Counted from the stretch's first letter, positions 1 through 12,343 are shown. The stretch is DNA of 64,000 bases from Candidatus Stammera capleta (GCA_036689285.1 CP144782.1:129580-193579), one strand, 5' to 3'. Notes: a model not told the origin generated them from the letters alone. Numbers and translations: made by a program.

Positions 1-270
1 AGATTTGAATTATTTATAGGAGGTAATGAAATTGCTAATGGATTTTCTGAATTAAACAATTATAAAGAACAAAAAAAAAGATTTATTAAACAAATTATTA
101 ATAATAAAAAAAATATTTATGATAAAGAATATATAGAATCATTAAAATATGGATTACCACCTACCTCAGGTACTGGTATAGGAATAGATAGATTAATAAT
201 GATTTTAACAAACAGTTCATCTATAAAAGATATTATTTTATTTCCTACATTAAAAAAAATAAATAAATAA
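1..270 (+). CDS. lysS: Lysyl-tRNA synthetase, C-terminal end (5' end lies outside the window)
   Basis: Frame 1 reads [19 protein letters not shown]...[21 protein letters not shown]. This matches the class II LysRS motif 2/3 region. Stop TAA at 268-270. Confidence 0.9.
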   Translation, partial: RFELFIGGNEIANGFSELNNYKEQKKRFIKQIINNKKNIYDKEYIESLKYGLPPTSGTGIGIDRLIMILTNSSSIKDIILFPTLKKINK

Positions 271-273
271 TAT

Positions 274-897
274 TTATAATATAATTTTATATTTACTTAT
301 TAAAGTTAACATAAATTCTTTTTTAAAAAAAATTTTTAAATTATTTATATTATTATTATAATTAAATTGTAATCTAAAACTTTTAGTATAAAAATTATTA
401 ATCTTAATATATAAATTATTTATTATATAATCATTAATTAAATTAAATTCCTTATAAAAATTTAAAATTTCATTATTATTAAATTTTAATAAAAACGATT
501 TACCTATAATTTTATTTTCTAAAAAATAATTTTTATAACCTAAAACTGGGATAAATAAAATATTTTTTATTTTACTTAAAATTTTCTTTATTATATATAA
601 ATTTAAAAATTTATTATATTTAATAGATATTAAATAAATATCATTATATAATTCCATTTTATAATTTAATGAAAATGTTTTTATTTCTAAATTAATTAAA
701 AATATATCACAAAAATTATTTTTATTAAATAAAGAATTTATATAAAATTCAATAAAATTACCTATAAAACCTTTATTAAATCTATCTTTTGATGAAATTT
801 TATAATTTATATTATTAATTAAATCTAATAAATAACTTCCATAAATATTATCTGTAATTATTAATATATTTTTTATTAAATAACTAAATTTATTCAT
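274..897 (-). CDS. mutH: DNA mismatch repair endonuclease MutH
   Basis: The 207 aa ORF aligns along its length with E. coli MutH: KGFIGNFIEFYI ~ KGWIGVLLEIWL, DIFLINLEIKT ~ DFAALGVELKT (D-x6-E-x-K catalytic motif), ILFIPVLG ~ VLWIPVEG, FFKKEFM ~ FYLKKNF. It ends in a true TAA stop. Confidence 0.8.
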   Translation of the reverse strand: MNKFSYLIKNILIITDNIYGSYLLDLINNINYKISSKDRFNKGFIGNFIEFYINSLFNKNNFCDIFLINLEIKTFSLNYKMELYNDIYLISIKYNKFLNLYIIKKILSKIKNILFIPVLGYKNYFLENKIIGKSFLLKFNNNEILNFYKEFNLINDYIINNLYIKINNFYTKSFRLQFNYNNNINNLKIFFKKEFMLTLISKYKIIL

Positions 898-1032
898 AAA
901 AATATTTAATTCTAAATAAACTAATTAATAATATTATATAACATAAATTTAATTTTAAATAATTGAAATTAATACAATTAATATGATAAATTAAATAAAT
1001 AATAATGATTAAAATATATAAATATTAAAAAT

Positions 1033-2052
1033 ATGAACATAAAATGTGGAATAATTGGATTACCAAATATAGGTAAATCTACATTATTTAATATTTTAAC
1101 TAAACAAAAAACTAAAAATAAAAATTTTCCATTTTGTACTATAAAACCAAATATAGGATTTTCATATTTTAAAGATAAAAAAATATATAAAATATTCAAA
1201 ATATATAAATCTAATATAATAAATTTTTCAAAAATAAATTATATAGATATAGCTGGATTAATAAAAGGAGCATATAAAGGATTAGGATTAGGAAATAAAT
1301 TTTTACAAGATATTAAAAATACTAATATTTTAATACAAATAATTAGAATCTTTAAAAATAAAAATATAATTAATATTAATAATAATATAAATCCTATAAG
1401 AGATATAAAAATAATAAATAATGAATTATTATTATATGATTTAATTAATTTAGAAAAAATTAAAAAAAATAAAAATAACATTGAATATAACAATTTTATT
1501 AAAAAATGTATAAAAGAATTAGAAACCAATAATAAAATAAATATATATAATTTAAATAATAAAGAAAAATTAATAATAAATAAATTAAATTTATTAACTA
1601 ATAAACCTATATTATATATATTAAATATAAATGATTTTTTAAAAAATAAAAATAATATTAAAAAAACAAAAATTTTTTTAAAAAATATAAATAATAAAAA
1701 TAAAATATTAATATTTAATATTAAAAAATATAATAATAACAATAATAAAAAAATAATATATAAAATAAATAAAATTAATTTAAAACTTTTAAAAACAAAA
1801 ATTTTTTTTACAATTAATAAAAAATCAATTACATCATGAATAATATATAAAAATAAAAATATTTTATATGCAGCTAAAAAAATACATAATGATTTTAAAA
1901 AAAAATTTATAAAAGCTAGAATTATAAATTATAAACATTTAATAAAATATAAAAAACTAGAAATATTAAAAAAAAAAGGTAAAATAAAAATAAAAGGAAA
2001 AAATTATAATATTAAAAATAGAGACATAATTCATTTTTTAATAAATAAATAA
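1033..2052 (+). CDS. ychF: Ribosome-binding ATPase YchF
   Basis: N-terminus MNIKCGIIGLPNIGKSTLFNILTK..NFPFCTIKPN matches E. coli YchF (GIVGLPNVGKSTLFNALTK..NFPFCTIEPN). The frame continues through TGA at 1837-1839 to TAA at 2050-2052. C-terminus KGKNYNIKNRDIIHFL ~ EGKDYIVKDGDVMNFL. Confidence 0.9.
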
Positions 2053-2303
2053 ATTTATAAAAAATAAATAAAATAATTAATTAATAAAAAATTAAAATAA
2101 TTAAAATAATTTATACTATATATACTTTAATAAGTTTAATTAAATTAAATATATATAATATAATATTATAATTAATATTTAATTTTTTAAATATTTATTA
2201 TAATTATTTATTAAAAAATATATTATATATTCTTATTAATTATAATATTTATTATTATATAAATATTAAATAAAATTATTAATAATTAAAAAAAGGTAAA
2301 AAA

Positions 2304-2720
2304 TTGAATATAGCAATAATAATATGTATGCATGGTAAATTAGCCATAGAAATACTAAAAACTATAGAATTAATAATAGGAAAACAAAAAAATATAAAAG
2401 CAATTAAATTTTTAACCGGAGAAAATGTTGAAAATATTATTAAAAAATATAAAAAATGTTTTACAAAATTAAATATAAAAAAAGGAATAATTTTTTTTGT
2501 AGATATATTAGGTGGTAGCCCTTTTAACGCAGCAAATAGAATTTTAAATTATAAAAATAATATAAACGGTGAAATAATATCAGGAACAAATATTCCAATG
2601 TTATTAGAAACATTAATGTCAAGAGATGATAATAAAAATAATATTAATAAATTAATAAAAATAGCATTAAAAAAAGGTAAAAAAGGTATAAATTCTACTA
2701 ATTTAAAAAAATTAAAATAA
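2304..2720 (+). CDS. manX: Mannose PTS EIIA domain protein (N-terminal half of ManX as a separate gene); TTG start
   Basis: MNIAIIICMHGKLA..GGSPFNAA..GTNIPMLLETLMSRDD matches E. coli ManX residues 1-130, including the phospho-His region. TTG start is preceded by AAAGGT. Stop TAA at 2718-2720. Confidence 0.85.
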   Translation: MNIAIIICMHGKLAIEILKTIELIIGKQKNIKAIKFLTGENVENIIKKYKKCFTKLNIKKGIIFFVDILGGSPFNAANRILNYKNNINGEIISGTNIPMLLETLMSRDDNKNNINKLIKIALKKGKKGINSTNLKKLK

Positions 2721-2727
2721 AAACTTT

Positions 2728-3219
2728 ATGAAAATTATACTTACAAGAATAGATGATAGACTAATACATGGACAAGTATGTACTGGCTGAAGTAAAGAAC
2801 TTAAAATTTCAAGAATTATAGTTATTAATGATAAAATATATAATGACCCTATAAGGGTTAAATTATTAAAACAAGTATCTCCTCCTAGTATTAATTCTCA
2901 TGTAGTAAATATTAAAAAATTTATTAAAGTATACAATAATCCTAAATATATAAATGATAAAGTATTATTATTATTTACTAATCCTAGCGACGTATTAAAA
3001 ATAATTAAAAAAAAAGTAAAAATAAAATCTATCAATATAGGTGGAATGGCTTATAAAAAAAATAAACAACAAATAACTGATTCTATATCTGTAAATAAAA
3101 AAGATATAAAATCATTTTATGAATTAAATAAAATGAATATAGAATTAGAAATTAGAAAAGTACCTAATAATAAAAAAATTAATTTAATTAATATATTAAA
3201 TAACATTAAAATTAAATAA
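2728..3219 (+). CDS. manX: Mannose PTS EIIB domain protein (C-terminal half of ManX as a separate gene)
   Basis: MKIILTRIDDRLIHGQVCTGW(TGA)SKE..NPKYINDKVLLLFTNPSDV..INIGGMAY..IELEIRKV matches the E. coli ManX IIB domain (ARIDDRLIHGQVATRWTKE..NPKYAGERVMLLFTNPTDV). ATG at 2728, TAA at 3217-3219. Confidence 0.85.
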
Positions 3220-3238
3220 ATAAAATTAAAGGTATAAA

Positions 3239-4045
3239 ATGGAAATTACATCATTAAAATTAATATTAATATTTCTTATAAGTATGCTAATAGGTATGGA
3301 ATCTATATTAGATCAATTTCAATTACATAGACCATTAATAGCATGTACTTTAATAGGAATAATTTTAGGAGATTTAAAAACTAGTATAATAATCGGAGGA
3401 ACATTAGAAATTATGTCTTTAGGTTGAATTAATATAGGAGCTGCAATATGTCCAGATTCAGCATTAGCTTCTATAATATCAACTTTATTAGTAATAATAT
3501 GTAAACAAAGTATAGGATCTGGAATAACTTTAGCTATACCTATAGCAGCTGCAGGACAAATATTAACAATAATAGTTAGAAGTATATCTATAAGTTTTCA
3601 ACATTTAGCAGATAAAATAATAGAAAATAACAAAAATATTAAATATTTATCATATATACATTTATTAGCACTAATAATACAAGCTTTAAGAATAGCAATA
3701 CCTGTAACTATATTTAGTTATTCAATAAATACTAAAATAATTAAAAATTTTTTAAATATTATACCAAAATTTATTACTGAAGGATTAAATATATCAGGAA
3801 ATATTATAGTTACTATAGGTTATGCAATGGTAATAAATATGATAAAAGAAAAATATTTAATGCCCTTTTTCTTTCTAGGATTTGTAATATCTGGATCAAC
3901 ATCATTTAATTTATTATCATTAGGTATTATAGGTATAATATTATCAATTTTATATATACAATTATCACCTAAATACTACATATTTAAAAATTTAAAAAAA
4001 AATATTAAAAAAAAAAAAAAAATAAAAGATAATGAACTAGATTAA
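3239..4045 (+). CDS. manY: Mannose PTS EIIC component
   Basis: MEITSLKLILIF...QLHRPLIACTLIGIILGDLKTSIIIGGTLEIMSLG-W-INIGAA ... IQLSPKY...DNELD is near-colinear with E. coli ManY. There is one in-frame TGA at 3425-3427, at the ManY Trp (ALGWMNIGAA). Confidence 0.93.
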
Positions 4046-4057
4046 AGGAATTTAAAA

Positions 4058-4882
4058 ATGTACAATAAAAATATAACTAAAAAAGATATAAATAAAGTAT
4101 TTATTCGTAGTACTCTTATACAAGGATCATGAAATTTTGAAAGAATGCAAGCATTAGGTTTTTGTTATTCTATAACACCAATTTTAAATAAACTATATAT
4201 TAAAAATAATTTAAAAAAAAAAAAAGCATTTAAAAGACATTTAGAATTTTTTAATACACATCCATATATGGTTTCAGCAATTTTAGGAATTACCATAGCT
4301 ATGGAAGAAGAAAAATGTAAAAATTCTAAAATTAAATCTAATTCAATAAGAAATATTAAAATTGGATTAATGGGACCATTAGCTGGTATAGGTGATCCAA
4401 TATTTTGAGGAACAATTAGACCAATGTTATCTGCAATTGGTTCAAGTTTAGCTATAAATGGAAGTATAATAGGACCTATATTTTTTTTTATTACTTTTAA
4501 TATAATAAGATTATCTACATTATATTATGGATTACATTATGGATATAAAAAAGGAATAAATATAATAAAAGAATTAAATGAAAATTTTTTAAAAAAAATA
4601 ACAGAAGCATCATCTATTTTAGGACTATTTGTTTTAGGAGCTTTAGTAAATAAATGAACTAAAGTAAAAACACCTATTATAATAACACATTATATACAAA
4701 ATGGAAAAAATATAAATATTAAATTACAAGATATGTTAGATAAATTAACTCCAGGTATAATTCCCCTTATATTAACTTTAACATGTATGTGATTATTAAA
4801 TAAAAAAATTAATCCTTTAATATTAATGTTACTTTTATTATTACTAGGTATAATAAGTAATTATTTTAAAATATTATGTTAA
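4058..4882 (+). CDS. manZ: Mannose PTS EIID component
   Basis: FIRSTLIQGS-W-NFERMQALGFC...HLEFFNTHPY...GLMGPLAGIGDPIF-W-GT...GASILGLFVLGALVNK-W matches E. coli ManZ. Several TGAs sit at ManZ Trp positions. AGGA precedes the ATG. Confidence 0.93.
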
Positions 4883-4903
4883 ATACTAAAATATTATAAT
4901 AAA

Positions 4904-5155
4904 ATGAAAATTTTAGATAAAGCAGAAAAAAAAATTAAAGAAGTAGCTAAATGTATAAAAGATAAATATGATAAAATTTCACAAAATGAAAAAATAAAAG
5001 ATAAAACACAAAAATATTTTTTCATAAAAAACAAAACAATAAATGAAATTTTTAATTATATTAAAAATAATATAAAAAATAAACCCATAAAATCAATAAT
5101 AATATCATTATCAATTGGATTTATAATAGGATTTATAATAAAAAAAAATAAATAA
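4904..5155 (+). CDS. ElaB/YqjD/YgaM-family (DUF883) tail-anchored small membrane protein
   Basis: 83 aa with a charged coiled N-terminal part. The C-terminal NKPIKSIIISLSIGFIIGFIIKKNK resembles the family signature (K/E)PWxxIGxAAxxGxxxGxLLxRR. Followed directly by a terminator hairpin. Confidence 0.55.
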   Translation: MKILDKAEKKIKEVAKCIKDKYDKISQNEKIKDKTQKYFFIKNKTINEIFNYIKNNIKNKPIKSIIISLSIGFIIGFIIKKNK

Positions 5156-5160
5156 AATAT

Positions 5161-5190
5161 ACCCATATTTATATGGGTAATTTTTTTTTT
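5161..5190 (+). terminator. Rho-independent terminator after the man operon and ElaB-like gene
   Basis: ACCCATA-TTTA-TATGGGT hairpin (5161-5178) followed by AA and ten T. It is one of very few G/C-containing inverted repeats in non-coding DNA here. Confidence 0.75.
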
Positions 5191-5337
5191 AAATTTTAAT
5201 TTTATTATATATATAATACTTAAAAATATATATATTAATAATTAAATTATATATATAAAATAATTAAATAAATAATAAATAAATTAATTTCTAAAAATAT
5301 TTTTAATAAATAAAATAATATATATATATAAATATAA

Positions 5338-7812
5338 ATGAAAAAAAAAAATAAAATAAAAAATATTAATATAAAAAATGAATTAAAAAAATCATATTTA
5401 GATTATGCTATATCTGTAATAATTGGTAGAGCATTACCTGATATAAGAGATGGATTAAAACCTGTACATAGAAGAATATTATATGCAATGTATATATTAA
5501 AAAATTTTTTTAATAAACCATATAAAAAATCAGCAAGAATTGTAGGAGATGTTATAGGTAAATATCATCCACATGGAGATAATGCAGTATATGATTCTAT
5601 AGTAAGAATGGCACAAAATTTTTCTATGAGATACCCATTAATAGATGGACAAGGAAATTTTGGTTCAATTGATGGAGATTCAGCTGCTGCTATGAGATAT
5701 ACTGAAATTAGAATGTCTAAAATTACACAAGAATTTTTAAAAGATATAAAAAAAAAAACAGTAAATTTTTTTTTAAATTATGATTCTACAGAAAAAATAC
5801 CAGAAATTTTACCTACTATTATTCCAAATATATTAATAAATGGTACAACTGGTATAGCAGTAGGAATGGCAACTAATATTCCCCCTCATAATATATCAGA
5901 AGTAATGAATGTATTTATTAAATTTATAGAAAATAATAATTTAAATACAAAAAAATTAATGAAATATATTAAAGGACCTGATTTTCCTACAGGAGCTATA
6001 ATAGAAGATAATAACGGAATATATAATGCTTATAAAACAGGAAAAGGAACTATAACAATAGTAGCAAAAATAAAAATTGAAAAACAAAAAAAAAATAATA
6101 AAAAAAATATAATTATTAATGAATTACCTTATCAAATTAATAAATCTAAATTAATTGAAAAAATAATAGAATTAATAAAAGATAAAAAAATTAATGAAAT
6201 AAATAACATAAAAGATGAATCAGATCAAAATGGAATGAGAATAGTAATAGAAGTTAAAAAAAATATAAAAATTAAAATACTAATAAATAAATTATTACAT
6301 TTAACAAATTTAAAAATATCATATGGTATTAATATAGTAGCCTTATATAAAAATAAACCTAAAACTTTAAATTTAAAAAAAATAATAAAAATTTTTATTA
6401 AATATAGAAAAAATATAATAAAAAATAAAATAATTTATAAATTAAATAAATACAAAAAAAAATTAAATATATTGGAAGGATTTTTAATTACTTTATATAA
6501 TATAGAAAAAATTTTATATATAATTAAAAATTCTAAAAATAAAAAAATTGCACAAAATAATATTATAAAAAAAAATTGAAAAATAAATAAATATATAAAA
6601 ATATACAAAAACAAAAAAAAATATTTATTTTCAATTAATCAAATTAACTATATATTAAAATTAAGTTTACAAAAATTAACTAAAATAGAACAAAAAAATA
6701 TATATAAAAAATATAAAAATATTTTAAATAAAATAAAAAAATTTAAAAAAATTTTAAAAAATAAAAATTTAATAAAAAATATAATTAAAAAAGAATTTAT
6801 ATATATAAAAAATAAATTTGGAGATAAAAGAATTACTAAAATAAAAAAAAAAAATAAAAAAATTAAAATATATGATTTAATTAAAAAAGAAAAAATAATA
6901 ATATTATTATCTAAATTAGGATATATAAAATATCAAAAATTATCAAAATTTAAAACACAAAAAAGAGGGGGTAAAGGAAAAAAAATAATTAAATTAAAAA
7001 AAAATGACTATTTAAGTAATACTATAATTAGTAATACACATTATAAATTATTATTATTTACTAATAAAGGTAAAATATACTTTATGAAAATATTTAATAT
7101 ATTAAATATCACTAAAAAACCTAAAGGTAAACCAATAATAAATTTTATTAACTTATCTGAAAATGAAAAAATAACATATTTTATAAATATTAAAAAAAAA
7201 AAATTATTTAAATATATTATATTAATAACATATTTAGGATTAATTAAAAAAATATTAATAGATAAAATTAATTATAAAAGAAAAAATGGTATTAATATTA
7301 TAAAATTAAAAATAAAAGATAAAATTATTGGAGCACATATAACAAATGGAAAAAATAATATTATGTTATTTACAAAAAAGGGAAAAACAGTTAAATTTCC
7401 AATAAAATCAATCAGAAATATGGGTAAAAATTCATATGGAATAAAAGGAATTAATTTATCTAAAAATGATAAAGTAATTTCTACATTAATAATAAAAAAA
7501 AAATATAAAAAAGGATATATATCAATAATTACTAAACAAGGTTATGGTAAAAAAACTATTATTAATGAATTTCCTACAAAATCAAGAGCTACAAAAGGAT
7601 TAATATCAATAAAAATAAATAACAAAAATAATTATTTATCAAAATCAATATATAATTATAATAATGATAATAAAATATTAATAATAACTAATAAAGGAAA
7701 TTTATTAAAAATTTCTTTAAATAATATAAATATATTTAAAAGAAATACTAAAGGTGTAATCTTAATAAGATTAAATAAATCAGAAAATGTAATAGGATTT
7801 GAAAAAATATAA
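5338..7812 (+). CDS. gyrA: DNA gyrase subunit A
   Basis: [33 protein letters not shown]...[44 protein letters not shown] (active-site Tyr) matches E. coli GyrA. ORF fragments 5338-6579 and 7084-7812 are in the same frame, joined through TGA at 6577-6579. 824 aa versus 875 in E. coli. Confidence 0.95.
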
Positions 7813-7829
7813 ATATAATATTATATTAT

Positions 7830-9242
7830 TTATAATATATGTACAGAAACAGTATTACTACCTGAAGAAACTAAAGAACCAGAAACCATAACTACTATAT
7901 CACCAACTTTTGCATAACCAGTTAATATTGATAATTTTTTACCTATTTTATAAAAATCATCAGTAGAATTAATATTATTAACAAATAAAGAAATTACTCC
8001 TTTAGTTAAAATTAATTGTCTACATACAGTACTATTATTAGTTAAAGCTAAAATTAAAGATTTAGGAAAATATTTTCTTATGGATTTAGGAGATTTACCT
8101 TTTCTAGTATAAACTAAAATTAATGGACATTCTAATTTTTTAGATATATCAACAGAACTTTTACATATAGCTTCATTAATAGGTATATATTTATTATTTT
8201 TATAATTAATATTAAATTTATTTAAAGAATTATCAGCTCTTTTACAAATTATAGACATAATTTTAACACATTCAATAGGATAATTACCTTTAGCACTTTC
8301 ACCTGATAACATAACAGCATCAGTACCATCTAATACAGCATTAGCTACATCACCAGCTTCAGCTCTTGTAGGTCTAGGATTATTAATCATAGATTCTAAC
8401 ATTTGAGTTGCTGTAATTACAATTTTTTTATAAAAATTACATTTTCTAATCATCATTTTTTGAGCAAATATTACATCTTCTACAGGAATTTCAACTCCTA
8501 AATCACCTCTAGCTACCATAATACCATCTGATACATTTAATATCTTATCAAAATTTTTTAATCCTTCTTTATTTTCTATTTTAGAAATAATTTGTATATT
8601 TTTTCCATTATTTTTATCTAAAAAACTTCTTATTTTTAATACATCTTCACTATTTCTAATAAAAGAAGCTGCAATAAAATCTACATTATTTTTACAACCA
8701 AATATTAAATCCTTTTTATCCTTTTTAGATAAACAAGGTAAACTAATATTAACTTCAGGTAAATTAATTCCTTTATTTTCTCCTAGATAACCATTATTAA
8801 GTACTTTACAAATAATTTTATAATTAATTTTTTTAATAACTTTCATAGAAATTAATCCATCATCTATTAAAATTAAATTATTTATATTAATATCATGAAA
8901 AATTTTTTTATAAGATAAAGCAACCTCTTTATTATTACCTATAAATTTCTTATTATTACAAATCAAATTAAATATTTGACCACTTTTTAAAAATACTTCT
9001 TTAGAATCATTTAACTTTAATGTACGTATTTCAGGTCCTTTAGTATCTAAAATTATAGCAACATCTTTATTAATTTTTTTACTTGCTCATTTTAAATTTA
9101 AAATATAATTTTTATAATCTTTATAATTACCATGAGAAAAATTTAATCTAACAACATCCATTCCATAATTTAATAAATTTAAAATAATATCTTTAGAACA
9201 ACTAGAAGGACCAATTGTACAAACTATTTTTGTTTTTTTCAT
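7830..9242 (-). CDS. pykF: Pyruvate kinase (PykF type)
   Basis: The N-terminus recovered upstream of the ORF-track fragment is [24 protein letters not shown]. The body has [24 protein letters not shown] and [32 protein letters not shown]. The C-terminus is VSVHIL. Total 470 aa, the same length as E. coli PykF. Confidence 0.93.
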
Positions 9243-9276
9243 ATTTTTCACAAATTTTGTATTATTAAAAATTTAA

Positions 9277-9348
9277 TGCGTTCTAGTGGATTTGAACCAC
9301 TAACTTTCATTACGTCAAAATGATACTCTACCATTGAGTTAAGAACGC
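9277..9348 (-). tRNA. tRNA-Val (anticodon GAC)
   Basis: The reverse complement GCGTTCT-TA-ACTC-AATGGTA-GAGT-A-TCATT-TTGACGT-AATGA-AAGTT-AGTGG-TTCAAAT-CCACT-AGAACGC-A folds as a cloverleaf. Its ends resemble E. coli valV/valW. No encoded CCA. Confidence 0.88.
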
Positions 9349-9449
9349 TTAAAATTTATAATATTATAACTTATTAATATATAATATTATTATATAATAA
9401 TATTTAAATAAATTTAATTATTTAAACTAAAAATAAAAAATTAATTAAT

Positions 9450-10721
9450 ATGAAAAAAAATATAATTAATGATTTAAAAAAAAGAAAATTAATTAAACAA
9501 ATATCAAACAAAAAAAAATTAATTAATAAAATAAATAATAAAAAAATTAATATATATTGCGGTTTTGATCCAACTAATTATAGTTTGCATATAGGACATT
9601 TATTATTATTAATAACTTTAAAAAGATTTCAAAAAGAAAATTATAAAATAATTATATTAATAGGTGAAATTACATCAATTATAGGAGATCCAAGTTTTAA
9701 AAAAAAAAAAAGAAAAATAATTAACAATAAAAAAATTAAAATATATACTAAAAATATTAAAAAACAAATTAATAAAATATTAAATTACAAAAAAAAAAAT
9801 AAAATTAAAATTATTACAAATAAAAAATGATTTAATAATATGAAAATGATTTATTTTTTAAAAAATATAGGAAAATATTTTAAAATAAATAAACTATTAA
9901 ATAAAGATTCAATAAAAATAAGAAATAAAAATAATAAAAATGGTATAACTTTTAAAGAAATATCATATAATTTATTACAAAGTTATGATTACTATTGATT
10001 ATTTAAAAAATTTAATATTAATTTACAAATTGGAGGATCTGATCAATGAGGTAATATAACTTCTGGTATAGATTTAATAAAAAAAAAATATAAAAAAAAA
10101 GTATTTGGATTAACATTACCATTAATTACAAATAAAAATGGTAAAAAATTTGGAAAATCTAAAAAAAATAATAATATTTGATTAAATAAATATAAAACTA
10201 CTCCATATGAATTCTATCAATTTTGATTAAATATAGAAGATAAAAAAATATATTTATACTTTAAACAATTTACATTAATTAAAATAAATAAAATAAAAAA
10301 AATAATAAAAAAAAATAATATTATTAATAATAAAAAATTATTAGCTAAATATATAACAAAATTAATACATGGAAAAAATGAAACTAAAAAAGCAATATTT
10401 GTAACTAATTTTTATTTCAAATTATTAAATAATATAAATAATATTACAATAAAATTATTAAATAAATTATATAAAATTAATATACCTAAAATAATTTTAA
10501 AAAATAATAAAAATATTAATATAAAAAAAATATTATTATTATTTAAAATTGTTAAATCTACATCTAAAGCACATAATTTAATTTTAAATAAATCTATTAA
10601 CATAAATAAAAAATTAATAAAAAATACTAATTACTTTATTAAAGAAAAAGATAAATATTTTAATAAATATACTATTATTTCTAAAGGAAAAAAAAAATTT
10701 TATTTAATTTATTGAAAATAA
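9450..10721 (+). CDS. tyrS: Tyrosyl-tRNA synthetase
   Basis: [15 protein letters not shown] (HIGH motif), [18 protein letters not shown] and KFGKS (KMSKS equivalent). Joined through six in-frame TGAs. 423 aa versus 424 in E. coli. Confidence 0.92.
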
Positions 10722-10740
10722 ATAATAAAAATAAACTTTA

Positions 10741-10772
10741 TTCCCTTTTTTATTTTTAAAATAAAAAAGGAA
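10741..10772. terminator. Hairpin between convergent tyrS and eno (probable bidirectional terminator)
   Basis: TTCCCTTTTTTATTTT / AAAATAAAAAAGGAA imperfect inverted repeat with one bulged C, flanked by T and A runs on both strands. Confidence 0.6.
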
Positions 10773-10792
10773 ATAATTATTATTAAATAACT

Positions 10793-12127
10793 TTATTTTT
10801 TAAATAAATTATTTAAATATTTATTTTTTTTTAAAAAATTAAATTCTTTAAATCCTTTAAACAATGAATTATTAATTTCAATTTGTTCTTCAATTCTTAT
10901 TAATCTATTATATTTACAAATTCTATCTGATCTACTAATAGATCCAGTTTTAATTTGACCACTATTAGTTCCAACAGCTAAGTCAGCAATTGTAGTATCC
11001 TCTGTTTCTCCTGAACGATGAGAAATTATAACAGAATAATTATTTTTTTTAGCTAAATTAATACAATTTAAAGTTTCTGTTAAAGTACCAATTTGGTTAG
11101 GTTTAATAAGAATAGAATTAGCTATATTAGATTTAATACCTTTTTTTAATAATTTAGTATTAGTTACAAATAAATCATCACCAACTAATTGAACTTTATC
11201 CCCTAAAATACTAGTTAAATATATAAATCCTTTTAAATCTTCTTCACTTAAAGCATCTTCAATAGAAATTATTGGATATTTATCAATTAATTTACTTAAA
11301 TATTCAGTAAATTCATAAAACGAATATTTTTTATTTTCACTATTTAAATAATATAAATTATTTTCTTTATTATAAAATTCAGAAGAAGCACAATCTAAAG
11401 CTAAAAATACATCTTTACCTAAAATATATTTAGATTTTTCTATTGCTTCACATATTAAAATTATAGCTTCTTCATTACTACTTAAATTAGGTGCATAACC
11501 TCCTTCATCACCTATTAAAATACTTTTATTATTTATTTTTAATATATTACCTAAATTATGAAAAATTTCAGAACACATTCTTATGCAATTACTAAAATTA
11601 TTAGCACCTATAGGATATATCATAAATTCTTGTATATCTAAATTATTATCTGCATGACATCCACCATTAATAATATTCATCATTGGAATAGGTAAACAAT
11701 ATTTATTATTATTATTTAATTTAGAAATATAAGAATAAAATGGTATATTTAAAAATTTAGAACCTAATTTAGCTATAGATAAAGATACAGCTAATATAGA
11801 ATTAGCACCTAATTTAGACTTATTATTTGTATTATCTAAATTAATCATTATATTATCAATATTAAATTGATCTAAAACACTTAATCCTATAATTTTTTTA
11901 GAAATAATATTATTAATATTTGAAATTGATTTAATAACTCCTTTTCCTAAATATCTATTATAGTCATTATCTCTTAATTCTAATGCTTCATTAATTCCAG
12001 TAGAAGCTCCCGAAGGAACTATTGATTTAGCACTAATACCATTTTTTAAAAAAACTTCAGCTTCAACTGTTGGTCAACCTCTAGAATCTAATACTTCTCT
12101 AGCTTTTATATTAACAATTTTACACAT
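10793..12127 (-). CDS. eno: Enolase
   Basis: [17 protein letters not shown]-(TGA)-PTVEAEV at the N-terminus, recovered upstream of the ORF-track fragment. The body has [60 protein letters not shown] and [22 protein letters not shown] lies before the ATG. Confidence 0.95.
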
Positions 12128-12269
12128 AATTATTTTAACCTCTTAAAAATATTAAATATAAATTATAAATATTATTATATATTTATATTTATAATTTTAA
12201 ATGTTTTTTAAAAAATTAATTAAATAATATTTAATTTAATAAAATAATATGTTATAATTATTATAATAT

Positions 12270-12343
<74 letters not shown>

